Shown: positions 51,563-60,766, numbered from the stretch's first letter. The stretch is DNA of 64,000 nucleotides from Candidatus Zhuqueibacterota bacterium (GCA_049322915.1 JBMOPW010000011.1:32001-96000); one strand, 5' to 3'. Notes: generated by a model from the letters alone, not told the origin. A program made the numbers and translations.

Positions 51563-51577
51563 TGGCATTATATTTGT
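51563..51577 (+). promoter_or_regulatory. Candidate sigma54 -24/-12 promoter
   Basis: TGGCATTATATTTGT: GG-N10-GT with TT before -12; C-to-T deviation at -12; about 60 nt upstream of ATG 51639. Confidence 0.65.
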
Positions 51578-51638
51578 CACACTTATTTATTTTATGTTTC
51601 ACAGAATCGACACTGATGATTTAACATAGTAGGGGAAT

Positions 51639-52613
51639 ATGTTAATAAATACCTTTCTAAACGACCGCTCTCACTTCATACTCATGAAACGAAGCCCAAA
51701 AACCAGCAGCGCCGACATCAATAGCACCTATGCGCTCACGCTGAAAAAAACAATAATCCTGAGCTTGACCTTCATCCTTATTTTCCTGCAACTTTTTCCC
51801 CGCCATGCATCGAAACGAGAAGTAAGTATGGAATTAAATATTCCCCTCGAGGTCATTGATATGCCGGCAATTGAACCGGAATCGCCCCTTCCAACACCGC
51901 CTCCGGTGGCACAGGACGTGATAACGCCATTCATCCCCGTGGTCAAGGAAGAACAAGAAGACCCGCGCAGCATTCGTGAAAATCTGGAAACAGTCACCCT
52001 GGATATGAATCCGGTTACGGATTCCAACCTGTTGAATAACTCCCAACTAGGCGATATCTCCATGGCCGGTTTCTCTACTTCATACAATCGAAACCAGGGC
52101 CGGGTTACTCTCGATATTTCTACAGATAGAAAAACGATAACAAGCACGACCCGGAGCAACATCGATTTCAACGTTTCCGCCGGTGCAACGAGACAAAAAT
52201 TCGCCGAAGAATCCATCAAACTCGATGAACCGGTTCCCGTGACCAGGGAGACTCATGTTGAGACACCCGCACAAACGCCAACGACGAACAACGAATTAAT
52301 CAGTCTCAACGAGAACCAGTTTTTATTGAAAGAATCGGAATCGACCATCGGAACGAATGAATACCGGCTCTGGAACAAAATCAATGGCGTCTTTGATCGA
52401 CTGGATAAAAACCGTTTTGGCGCATTGCCCGATAAAGTTCGAAGGACAGCATCAGGACTCAGTGTTACCTTTTATTATGGGGATGGAATGCAGCATGATA
52501 TTTTCTGGTCCAAAGGCGGCAAAGTGATGATCCGCGTGACAGGTCAGCGTCCGCGCAGTCTCGCCGATGAACTGGGAAAGGCGTTCGATGCTTTATTTCG
52601 ATTGACTTTATAA
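51639..52613 (+). CDS. Hypothetical bitopic membrane protein with TonB-like N-terminus and Pro-rich linker
   Basis: AGGGG RBS; one TM (IILSLTFILIFLQLFP), LEVIDMP...PLPTPPP, long S/T-rich linker, compact unrecognised C-terminal domain. Confidence 0.75.
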   Translation: MLINTFLNDRSHFILMKRSPKTSSADINSTYALTLKKTIILSLTFILIFLQLFPRHASKREVSMELNIPLEVIDMPAIEPESPLPTPPPVAQDVITPFIPVVKEEQEDPRSIRENLETVTLDMNPVTDSNLLNNSQLGDISMAGFSTSYNRNQGRVTLDISTDRKTITSTTRSNIDFNVSAGATRQKFAEESIKLDEPVPVTRETHVETPAQTPTTNNELISLNENQFLLKESESTIGTNEYRLWNKINGVFDRLDKNRFGALPDKVRRTASGLSVTFYYGDGMQHDIFWSKGGKVMIRVTGQRPRSLADELGKAFDALFRLTL

Positions 52614-52621
52614 GCGTTACC

Positions 52622-53329
52622 ATGAAAAAATTCATTTTCTATTTCGCACTCATCCTTTCATTCGGCTACTCAGCGCCTGGAGCCGCGCAACAGGTTCGGG
52701 CGCTTTTCGAGCAGCTTGCCAGAACCGATGTGACTCAGGATGTCTACACGCGGTTGAACTTGTGCAAAAAGATCATCGAGATTTGTGAAAACGCGCCGGA
52801 ACCGGAGTGCTGGTTTTCCAACCTCATGCGCGACGTGTATCGGTTCAAAGGCAATACCGAGTTCGAAATTTATAAAAAGGAATTGGTGTTCACGCGTTTG
52901 ACCGACGCTATCAATTCCCTGACCACAAGCTATCATTTTTATAAAGATCCTGAAGTTGAATTTCAATTGGGCTATCTCAAAGCGGTGAGCGGGTTGCTGG
53001 AAAAAGGTCCCCGGAATTTGAACGGACTGGTCCTCTGCTGGGAAGCGATTCTGGACATCTATGCCCGGGATAACTGGACCATTTCGCCTCCGCTCATCTC
53101 GAAGACAAAACAATTCATCGAGGTAGCCCAGAGGTATGCCACGCCTGTGACGAATAACAATTACAGCGGCGCATTTGCGCGGTATATCATCGTGTTAGCA
53201 TGTGATCTCATGGAGAAGGGAAATCTGAGTCACGCAAATCACACTTATTTTCGCGACACCCGGCTGAAGTTTTCCAGCCAGGAAGGCGCACAATGGCAGG
53301 AATGGAGAGATACTTCCTCGTCAAAGTAA
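52622..53329 (+). CDS. Secreted hypothetical helical protein (paralog of the N-half of 53411..54844)
   Basis: Signal peptide; shares NLCKxIIExC, VYRxKGxxEFxIY, INSL, RNLxGLV, YARDxW, LACDL with the next gene. Confidence 0.85.
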   Translation: MKKFIFYFALILSFGYSAPGAAQQVRALFEQLARTDVTQDVYTRLNLCKKIIEICENAPEPECWFSNLMRDVYRFKGNTEFEIYKKELVFTRLTDAINSLTTSYHFYKDPEVEFQLGYLKAVSGLLEKGPRNLNGLVLCWEAILDIYARDNWTISPPLISKTKQFIEVAQRYATPVTNNNYSGAFARYIIVLACDLMEKGNLSHANHTYFRDTRLKFSSQEGAQWQEWRDTSSSK

Positions 53330-53410
53330 GTTTTTCATTACCTGATAGAATCCAATCCTCGTTAATTAAAATTACCCCATATTTCAATATATCAAGTGGA
53401 GACATATTCG

Positions 53411-54844
53411 ATGAAGAAGTATGTTGTTTCGACTTTTATGTTGCTGATGTTGCTGAGCGGCACTCAGGCATTTTCTCAAAACGTCCGCACGCTGTACGAC
53501 AAAGTCCGCGAGGCCTATCAGGAAGGCAACTATGCGACTGTGGTCAATTTGTGCAAACAAATCATTGAACGATGCGAGCAGGATTACCCGGACGCAGAAT
53601 GCCGTTACACGGATGTGATGAAAAATGTCTATCGGTACAAGGGATTTTCCGAATTCAAAATTTACAATCAAGAACAGAACATGGATCAATTGGAAGAGGG
53701 CATTAACTCGCTCATAAAAAGTTATGAATTGTACGGCGATCCGGAAATCTCATTCAACTACGGGTACATGCAATCCATGCGGGCGATTCGGCTGGAAAAT
53801 GGGCGCAACCTGACCGGGCTGGTCAATGCCTGGCGCGGCATTTTGGGCCTCTATGCCCGCGATGAATGGGTCGTTTCCGACGACTTACTGAACAAGCTAA
53901 AAATATTCATCCAGCAGGCAGTGGAAATCTCCATCACCCCGGCGGACAGCGCGCTGACGACAGGGCGATTCACTTCGTTCATGATTCGCCTCGCCTGTGA
54001 CCTGGCACAGAAGCGTTCCCTGTCACCGCAGGATAGTCTGTTTGTCAACATTTACAACCGGCGCGCCATTGACGACGAGTTCAATTTGCGCGGCAACGAA
54101 TGGCGGGCGCGTGGATTTGAAGCGGAGGAATTGTTCAAGAATACTCCCAATGATTCCACCTATCGCATTTGTCGTGGCTATCTTGAATTAGCGCTTCGGT
54201 TTGCCAAAAGCACCCGGCGAAAGGCGGAGATGCTCAAAGAATTGACCAAGGTGGCTCTTTACATGGAAAAATACGGGAAGAATTCCCAGCGCGAAACCGA
54301 GCTTCAATACGCCAGAGAAAAAGCCAGTCAGGCGTATACGATTCTTCAGGAACACGGCGCAGATATTTCCAAAGACCTGGAGAATGAAATTAAAAAAGTG
54401 TATGGCAACTCCATCTTCAGGCTGGTGGATTACTATTTCAGCATGGCCACGGCCAAAGACCGCATGAACTCATTTTTACGCGCCAGAAGAATTGGCGAGG
54501 AGTTACTTGTTTCGGACAACCAGGGCGGGCTCGTCCAGAAATTCAAATGGGAAGGATACGAAGACCTGTATCTGAAACTGTCCGATGTGGGTTACGAGTT
54601 GGGCGATGAGCAATTCGCCGTGGACATGGTGGATAAAGCCTGGAAAGCCATTCTAGAAATTAACCATATCGATGTTCAGCAAATTTACCGATCGGTCCCG
54701 TCGCAGACTGCCAAAGAACTGCTGCAGTTCGCCCAGGTTTATCAGCAGATTGCGGAGCGCTTCGGGCTGCAATCAGTATTGCACTGGCTGCGACCCATTA
54801 TTAAAACACTCACGTCCCAATCCTATTTAACCAGTAAAAATTAA
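53411..54844 (+). CDS. Secreted hypothetical TPR-like helical protein
   Basis: GGAGA RBS, signal peptide, AYQEGNY TPR-like helix, all-helical pattern. Confidence 0.85.
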   Translation: MKKYVVSTFMLLMLLSGTQAFSQNVRTLYDKVREAYQEGNYATVVNLCKQIIERCEQDYPDAECRYTDVMKNVYRYKGFSEFKIYNQEQNMDQLEEGINSLIKSYELYGDPEISFNYGYMQSMRAIRLENGRNLTGLVNAWRGILGLYARDEWVVSDDLLNKLKIFIQQAVEISITPADSALTTGRFTSFMIRLACDLAQKRSLSPQDSLFVNIYNRRAIDDEFNLRGNEWRARGFEAEELFKNTPNDSTYRICRGYLELALRFAKSTRRKAEMLKELTKVALYMEKYGKNSQRETELQYAREKASQAYTILQEHGADISKDLENEIKKVYGNSIFRLVDYYFSMATAKDRMNSFLRARRIGEELLVSDNQGGLVQKFKWEGYEDLYLKLSDVGYELGDEQFAVDMVDKAWKAILEINHIDVQQIYRSVPSQTAKELLQFAQVYQQIAERFGLQSVLHWLRPIIKTLTSQSYLTSKN

Positions 54845-54856
54845 ACTGAGGAAGCA

Positions 54857-55405
54857 ATGAGACCATCGATTTTGACGCTGCTATTTTTCGTCGCTCTGTC
54901 TCTGACAACACCGCTGTTTGGCCAGTCCGTCATCGAGACTAAATTTGAACAGCAGATGGTGGAGTATGAAAATGATGTGGTTCGCTGCTATAATGAATTG
55001 CAAAAATTCCTTTATGAAAATGAAATGAACCTCTCCGAGATGGTCGCCTTTGAAGAGCTGCTATCGATTTATGTCAATCGAATTCTCGAAATATACGAGA
55101 CCATGGAACGCGTGGCTGGCTCCACTCTGGAGACCTATCGCGGCGTGGCAGCGCGGGCGCTCATTTTCAGGTCGCTCACCTATCTGGAACGCTCCCGGAC
55201 CGCGCCTGAGAATTTTGAAAAGGCATTGAAAGATTATAAACTGGCGCTGCAGCTTTATCAGAAAGAGACCACGAATCCCATCATGAATAAACGATTACCC
55301 TATGAAATCTGGATCGGCCGCAAGATGTACACCCGTCTGGCCGACCTGCTCGATGATAAAAATAAAGATTTTAATTTACTGAATTCTTTGGATGAAGCGA
55401 AATAA
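54857..55405 (+). CDS. Secreted hypothetical helical protein (paralog of the N-half of 55418..56683)
   Basis: GAGG RBS, signal peptide; shares AFE, SxYVxxILEI, AARALIxR, DYxxAL, GxKxYTRLxD with the next gene. Confidence 0.85.
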   Translation: MRPSILTLLFFVALSLTTPLFGQSVIETKFEQQMVEYENDVVRCYNELQKFLYENEMNLSEMVAFEELLSIYVNRILEIYETMERVAGSTLETYRGVAARALIFRSLTYLERSRTAPENFEKALKDYKLALQLYQKETTNPIMNKRLPYEIWIGRKMYTRLADLLDDKNKDFNLLNSLDEAK

Positions 55406-55417
55406 GATAGGCGCGAT

Positions 55418-56683
55418 ATGAAAAATTGGTTGCAGGGAATTTTGCTACTGTTCATTCTTTTCGGAGGTCGCTATTGTCAGGCGCAACGCCTCGATCAGAT
55501 TTTGATCCCCAAAATGGAAAGCTATGAACTGGACATTCAAAACACGTATCGGGAATATCAAAAAATTTATTACGAACAGAAATCCAGTCTGGCGGAGTTG
55601 CGCGCGTTCGAAGACATCATTTCCGTGTACGTTTCCCAGATTCTGGAAATACATGAGACGCTGACCCTGTCCGGATTCAGCAATCTCGAATCGCCGCGCG
55701 ACATCGCCGCGAGGGCGCTCATTTACCGCGCGCTGATCTTTCTGGAAAAAGCGCCGCTGAACGTTCACTATTATGAGCAGGCCTGTTACGATTATTACAA
55801 AGCGCTCGCCATGTTTGAAGGCGCCAGCGATAAAGTGCCGGCGCTGTTCAAGCCTTCCCCCAATCCGGTAAAAGTGGGGAACAAGGAGTACACCCGGCTG
55901 ATCGATGTCATCGATAATAATAGCAGTGAACTGTACGCGTTTGGCAAGGTGGAATTGAATCTTCAGAATTTTAAAATTACCACGAATCTCAACATCGATG
56001 ATCTTGAATTCTTTCGCGTGGAGTCCCCAATCGATAAAAAGAAGTATACCTATCTCCAGGCCGAAAAATTGATCAAGGAAGCGTTTCGAAATGAATTGAG
56101 TCAGAGCGGCAGTGGCAATATTTTTCTGGCTCTGCCGGAAGGATCGTACATCATCCGTTCCAAAAGCAGAAATAGTTCTTCGCGGTATACATACCTGTCG
56201 GCAATTTATGTCCGCGCGAATCAGCAGCACAATTACATTGTGGAACCGCTCATGGACTGGTTCATCGCTTATGAAAATCCAACGACCAGCAAGCCCCAAT
56301 TCATCCGTCCCAATGCGCAGCATGAATCGCCGGGCCAGGGGAATGGATACGATAAGCGGGATAAGCCCCGCACTGGCAAACGCGATAAAGATGCCCGGCT
56401 GGAATCCATCGAATACCTATCAGGCATTGTCGATTCTTCTCTGGCGAAAGTGGATGTCAGCCAGATTTTCAATCTGCGCGATGCCTGGATTCGCAGCAAA
56501 TTCGCCTCGACAGTGGCCGAGGTCATGCTGAATCACATCGAGTCCCTGACATATTATAACTGCTGGAGCGACTGGATGCTAGCCTGGATCATCTCCCAGG
56601 ATGTCACGCAGAAATTCAGCCCGGAGACTGAAGTGCCCACCGAATTGATTAAAATGGTCTACATGACCCTAGGTAAAATATGA
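55418..56683 (+). CDS. Secreted hypothetical protein: helical N-half, beta-rich middle (LPEGSYII), helical C-terminus
   Basis: Signal peptide; paralogy to the preceding gene; 12-nt spacing. Confidence 0.85.
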   Translation: MKNWLQGILLLFILFGGRYCQAQRLDQILIPKMESYELDIQNTYREYQKIYYEQKSSLAELRAFEDIISVYVSQILEIHETLTLSGFSNLESPRDIAARALIYRALIFLEKAPLNVHYYEQACYDYYKALAMFEGASDKVPALFKPSPNPVKVGNKEYTRLIDVIDNNSSELYAFGKVELNLQNFKITTNLNIDDLEFFRVESPIDKKKYTYLQAEKLIKEAFRNELSQSGSGNIFLALPEGSYIIRSKSRNSSSRYTYLSAIYVRANQQHNYIVEPLMDWFIAYENPTTSKPQFIRPNAQHESPGQGNGYDKRDKPRTGKRDKDARLESIEYLSGIVDSSLAKVDVSQIFNLRDAWIRSKFASTVAEVMLNHIESLTYYNCWSDWMLAWIISQDVTQKFSPETEVPTELIKMVYMTLGKI

Positions 56684-57666
56684 GGATTACTATGACCCTG
56701 ATGAAGAAATGTATGCTCCTATATTTGACTGGCCTGACCCTGTCGCTGGCGACTGAGTCGACGGCGCAGTCGACCAGCTATTCCGACTGCTGGAAATCCC
56801 AGCAATACACCACGTTGCTGGATACCATGCGCAGCGTGATGAAAACCAGCATCGAGCCCGAATATCAACAGCACGATTTCATTCAGACGTTTGGCTGCGC
56901 TTATGAAGAGGATGACATTCAGCAGAACTCCACTCGTGCGGTGTACCGCGCTATCATTCAATCCATTCGCAACCGTAAGTTGAGTCTGCGCGATGATCTG
57001 GAACGAGTGCTGCTTTCCAAACCACCCCGGCCGGATAATCTGGCGCGCGAATATTCGATTTATGTCAATATCCCGGCAGAGCCGGAACCCAAAGCGGCGC
57101 GCTATGAAATTAAGATATTGAACCTCGAAGCCGTGCCAACAGTTGAGTCTGAAAAAGCGGTCTGGACACGAATCGTGACGCGCTATGCCTACAAAGAGGA
57201 TTTCAACATTGCGCCGGCCGCGGACATTACCGCTTCCGAATTCGTCAATGTCATGGAAATGTCACAGGAGTTGTTGCAGCTCTCCGAGAAAAAGAAGTTC
57301 AACAGACTGAAAAAGTTGTTTTCGTTCGATAATGTCGCCCTGGCCTATCCCAAGACCATCACAGAGTTGGTATTTGGCGACTCTTTCTATCTGTTCGATG
57401 AGACCAAACCGGAAGTGCAATATCAGGGGGTTTTTCTGGGCAAGGGACTGTTCATTTGCGAGACGCAAAGCGATCAAATAATCGTCAGCAAATTTGGTGA
57501 AGAGCGCCTCTATTCGCTGCGGGTGGACATCAACTCGTTCCGCCGAACGAACAATATTTTTGCTGAATTGAATTACGAGGCGCCGGAGAGTATTTTGCAG
57601 TGCCTTTACCTGAAGTACAGTCAGGATAAACCGAGACAATTGCCGGCGCTGATGGGATTCAAATGA
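56680..57666 (+). CDS. Secreted hypothetical protein
   Basis: ATGA overlap with the previous gene; signal peptide ending STA-Q. Confidence 0.8.
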   Translation: MRITMTLMKKCMLLYLTGLTLSLATESTAQSTSYSDCWKSQQYTTLLDTMRSVMKTSIEPEYQQHDFIQTFGCAYEEDDIQQNSTRAVYRAIIQSIRNRKLSLRDDLERVLLSKPPRPDNLAREYSIYVNIPAEPEPKAARYEIKILNLEAVPTVESEKAVWTRIVTRYAYKEDFNIAPAADITASEFVNVMEMSQELLQLSEKKKFNRLKKLFSFDNVALAYPKTITELVFGDSFYLFDETKPEVQYQGVFLGKGLFICETQSDQIIVSKFGEERLYSLRVDINSFRRTNNIFAELNYEAPESILQCLYLKYSQDKPRQLPALMGFK

Positions 57667-57788
57667 GCGTCAGGCAGGTTGGGCATGTGGAAATTGCCGG
57701 AAAAAGCCGCTACCGCCGTCCATGCAGGAATGAAGCTGCGCAGACCAACGCGCGAAATGCACCTGTGGGCGGCGATGCAAACGACTGT

Positions 57789-58586
57789 TCAGATTCGTCC
57801 TTGAACCAGTCCGGGCCGGGAATCCATGAAAAATTTGATGGCCTCTTCAATTTTGTTGTAGTCAACCGTCGTATTTTTGCAGGGGCCTTCCGGGCGCTGA
57901 TTGGGGATACCGATCACGGGAATGTGCTGGACATCGCGAATGCCGGACAGCAAATCCCGCTCGCACGCCACGCCAATAACCGCCAGTGGTTTCTCCTCCG
58001 CGATGATCTTCCGCGCCAGTTCGCCGCCGGGCACCGTGTAAATCAGGCACTGGTATTTCCTGGCCAGCGCGACAATCTCTTTCTGCAATGGCCGGCGCAG
58101 ACAGCGCGGGAGCAGGATGACAATCCGGCTTCGATTTATCTTCCAGCGGCCGGTTTGAATGAGCGAGTTGCTGACTTTGATGAACGAATGTCCCATTCGA
58201 TCGTAGGAAACGCCAAACTTCCTGCCCAGCGCAAGAATGAGCGGCGTGAGAAACGTGATCGAAAAAGTCTTGTTGCGCAGCCGGACCATCCAATTTCGGT
58301 GTGTCACAATCGAGATGACCGTTAGCAGAAAAATTAAAAAAAGCAGGCCGATGAAGGCATAAATTACTATCTGCAGGATATGGGCAAACCCGGCGTGAAG
58401 TTGTACCATGCGTGGTTTGATCAAAAACCAGACCAGAAACACTCCTAGTGCGACAAACATCAGAGTTAACACAGCGAAGCCGAGGAACATCCTCTTCCCG
58501 GTCTCCACGTTGATTCCCGACACGGAGAGATCGCCGTCCCACTCTTCCCATTCATCGCCCAATTTTCTATCGTTGATCGCGTTCAA
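57789..58586 (-). CDS. DUF116-family membrane protein
   Basis: LLPRCL, GGELAR, GVACERDL, NQRPEGPCKNT; two N-terminal TMs. Confidence 0.88.
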   Translation of the reverse strand: MNAINDRKLGDEWEEWDGDLSVSGINVETGKRMFLGFAVLTLMFVALGVFLVWFLIKPRMVQLHAGFAHILQIVIYAFIGLLFLIFLLTVISIVTHRNWMVRLRNKTFSITFLTPLILALGRKFGVSYDRMGHSFIKVSNSLIQTGRWKINRSRIVILLPRCLRRPLQKEIVALARKYQCLIYTVPGGELARKIIAEEKPLAVIGVACERDLLSGIRDVQHIPVIGIPNQRPEGPCKNTTVDYNKIEEAIKFFMDSRPGLVQGRI

Positions 58587-58722
58587 TTTTTCACTTCCTG
58601 AAAATTATCATTCATCCCGGGAGGGATGCTTTACGGTTCTTTTTTAAATAGTGCGCGGGCGCTGAACCGGAACCGGCAATGCAAACCGCACGTTTCGAGG
58701 TTCAATTGCCCTCCTTATTAAC

Positions 58723-58750
58723 AAAAACAGGATACCAAATAGCATCCTGT
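58723..58750 (-). terminator. Intrinsic terminator after the NifU-C gene
   Basis: ACAGGAT/ATCCTGT stem with an A tract on the plus strand. Confidence 0.6.
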
Positions 58751-58783
58751 CTCATTGTACTTCCATAATTTTCGGTGAGGCTG

Positions 58784-59002
58784 TTACACAGCCACCACTT
58801 CTTTGACCTCAGGGATGTCTTCTTTGATGATTCGTTCAATCCCCATCTTCAGGGTCATCTGCGAAAAAGGACAGCCGCCGCAAGCCCCGGTCAGCCGAAC
58901 TTTGACAACGCCATCCTGCACGCTGACTAATTCAACATCGCCGCCATCGGCCTGTAACGAGGGGCGCACTTTTTCCAATGTTTTTTTCACCTGTTCCAGC
59001 AT
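58784..59002 (-). CDS. NifU C-terminal/Nfu-type Fe-S cluster carrier
   Basis: VRPSLQADGGDVEL, GACGGCP, TLKMGIE. Confidence 0.95.
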   Translation of the reverse strand: MLEQVKKTLEKVRPSLQADGGDVELVSVQDGVVKVRLTGACGGCPFSQMTLKMGIERIIKEDIPEVKEVVAV

Positions 59003-59169
59003 ATCAATATTCCTTATTTAAGTTGTAAATTGATTTTCGAATTATGTCTTCACCGGGTCGGTTCAGATGCTGCTGGCTATGCCTTCTACAAAGCGGCGAG
59101 CACCATCTCCGGGCAACTGTCCGACTTTATATTGTCGTAGTGTTAATTATAGATTTTTATTAGAGGTTC

Positions 59170-59198
59170 AATATAAATTTATTTAGGGAGAATGTCAA
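59170..59198 (-). promoter_or_regulatory. sigma70-type promoter of the Nfu gene
   Basis: TTGACA(59198-59193)-17-TATATT(59175-59170). Confidence 0.7.
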
Positions 59199-59398
59199 GC
59201 GAAATTTTAAGAAACAGGAACATCGTGAAGTGCAGACAGATGGTGGAATCGGGCGACTGGGTAGGCGAAGCGTGGTCAGGGAATCCGGCCCCACCGGGAA
59301 ATCGTCCACTGCGACGTGAACCGGGCGACTGGCAGACTCCGGACTATCGAATTTCAATCACTCCCCGGCGCGAGTCCGCCGCTGCTTTGTTTTCGCTG

Positions 59399-60766
59399 TC
59401 ACTGAATACCATACTTTTCCATTTTGGACAACAGCGTGCTGCGATGCACGCCCAGCTTCCGGGATGCCTCGCTTTTGTTTTTGCGGCACTGCCCCAGCAC
59501 GGTCTCGATCAATTGCTTTTCCACTGTGTCCATCACCTCAGGCAGCGACCTGTCGTCCAGCATTTTCAGCGGCGTTTCCAGCCGGGAATTGCTGACCAGG
59601 TAGGACAATGAATCCGCTCCGATAAATCCGCCTTTGCACAGCACAACGCCCCGCTCGATCACATTTTCCAGCTCGCGCACATTGCCCGGCCAGGTGTAAT
59701 GGATCAAAATTTCCAAGGCTTCTTTGGTGATGCCCTGAACGTTTTTCCCGGTCTGAATTTTGTACTTATTCAAAAAGAAATCGGCCAACAATGGAATATC
59801 ATCCACGCGCTCCCGCAGTGGGGGAATCACGAGGGGGATGACATTCAAACGATAATACAGATCCTGACGGAATTCATTGTTTTCAATGGCTTGCTCCAGA
59901 TCCCTGTTGGTCGCTGCAATGACCCGTACATCCATTTTGAGCGTCTTTTCACCGCCAACGCGCTCGAACTCCCCTTCCTGCAACGCGCGCAGCAGCTTCA
60001 CCTGGAGCTTCGGCGATATATCTCCGATTTCATCCAAAAAAAGTGTCCCGTTATTGGCTAGTTCAAAGCGACCTTCTTTGCATTTAATCGCGCCGGTGAA
60101 AGCACCTTTTTCGTGGCCGAACAGTTCGCTCTCCAAAAGACTTTCCGCCAGCACTGCGCAATTGACGCTGATCATCGGCTGGGCTTTGCGCGTGCTGTTG
60201 TAATGGATGGCGCGGGCGATCAGTTCTTTGCCGGTGCCGCTCTCTCCGCGAATGAGGACTGTGGAATGGGTGCCGGCCACTTCGCGGATGATGTCGAACA
60301 CGTCCTGCATTCTTCGGTTGTTGCCAATGATATGATCAAAATTATAATCATGGCTGAGCTGATTTTGCAGGTAGCGGTTCTGGTCTTTCAGCACCTTCAC
60401 GGTGTGCAGCCGCTCAACCATCAGCATCACCTCTTCCATCGCCATGGGTTTGATGATGTAATCGTACGCGCCTTTTTTTAACGCATCAACAGCCGTTTCA
60501 ATCGAACCATGCCCGGTGAAAACAATGACTTCGGTCTCAGGCGAATTCTCCTTGATTCGTGTCAGCAGCTCGATGCCATCCAATTTCGGCATTTTCAAAT
60601 CGGTGAGAATGATGTGATAATTTTCACGGTGCAGCTTCTTCAGCGCCATCTCCCCATTGGTTGCCGTCGATACTGAGAAACCCCTTTTCGAAATAATTCC
60701 TTCCAACAACGTCACGATTTCCGGCTCATCGTCCACGACTAGTATTTTCGTTTGATTACGGCTCAA
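59399..60766 (-). CDS. NtrC/AtoC-family sigma54-dependent response regulator
   Basis: REC (VVDDE, TDLKMP), GESGTGKE, GAFTGA, FLDEI, WPGNVRELEN, Fis-type HTH; TTG 60766 with AAGGGA RBS preferred over 60856. Confidence 0.96.
   Translation of the reverse strand: MSRNQTKILVVDDEPEIVTLLEGIISKRGFSVSTATNGEMALKKLHRENYHIILTDLKMPKLDGIELLTRIKENSPETEVIVFTGHGSIETAVDALKKGAYDYIIKPMAMEEVMLMVERLHTVKVLKDQNRYLQNQLSHDYNFDHIIGNNRRMQDVFDIIREVAGTHSTVLIRGESGTGKELIARAIHYNSTRKAQPMISVNCAVLAESLLESELFGHEKGAFTGAIKCKEGRFELANNGTLFLDEIGDISPKLQVKLLRALQEGEFERVGGEKTLKMDVRVIAATNRDLEQAIENNEFRQDLYYRLNVIPLVIPPLRERVDDIPLLADFFLNKYKIQTGKNVQGITKEALEILIHYTWPGNVRELENVIERGVVLCKGGFIGADSLSYLVSNSRLETPLKMLDDRSLPEVMDTVEKQLIETVLGQCRKNKSEASRKLGVHRSTLLSKMEKYGIQ

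Noticed and set aside
58860..58885. Possible selenocysteine in the Nfu CxxC motif
   Set aside because: Both codons are Cys (TGC, TGT); there is no in-frame TGA.
59095..59110. GGAGATGGTGCTCGCC (minus) resembling the start of a fluoride riboswitch
   Set aside because: P1 is mismatched, the GCUAAUGAC-like 3' motif is absent and the downstream gene is not fluoride related; kept only as an unnamed structured leader.
59245..59345. GC-rich stretch with fragments recalling ZTP (GACUGG...GUGG...CCACCGGGAA) and cobalamin (AGGGAAUCCGG, CCACUG) riboswitches
   Set aside because: The 3' conserved elements are missing and there is no downstream plus-strand gene; it faces the 3' end of the sigma54 activator.
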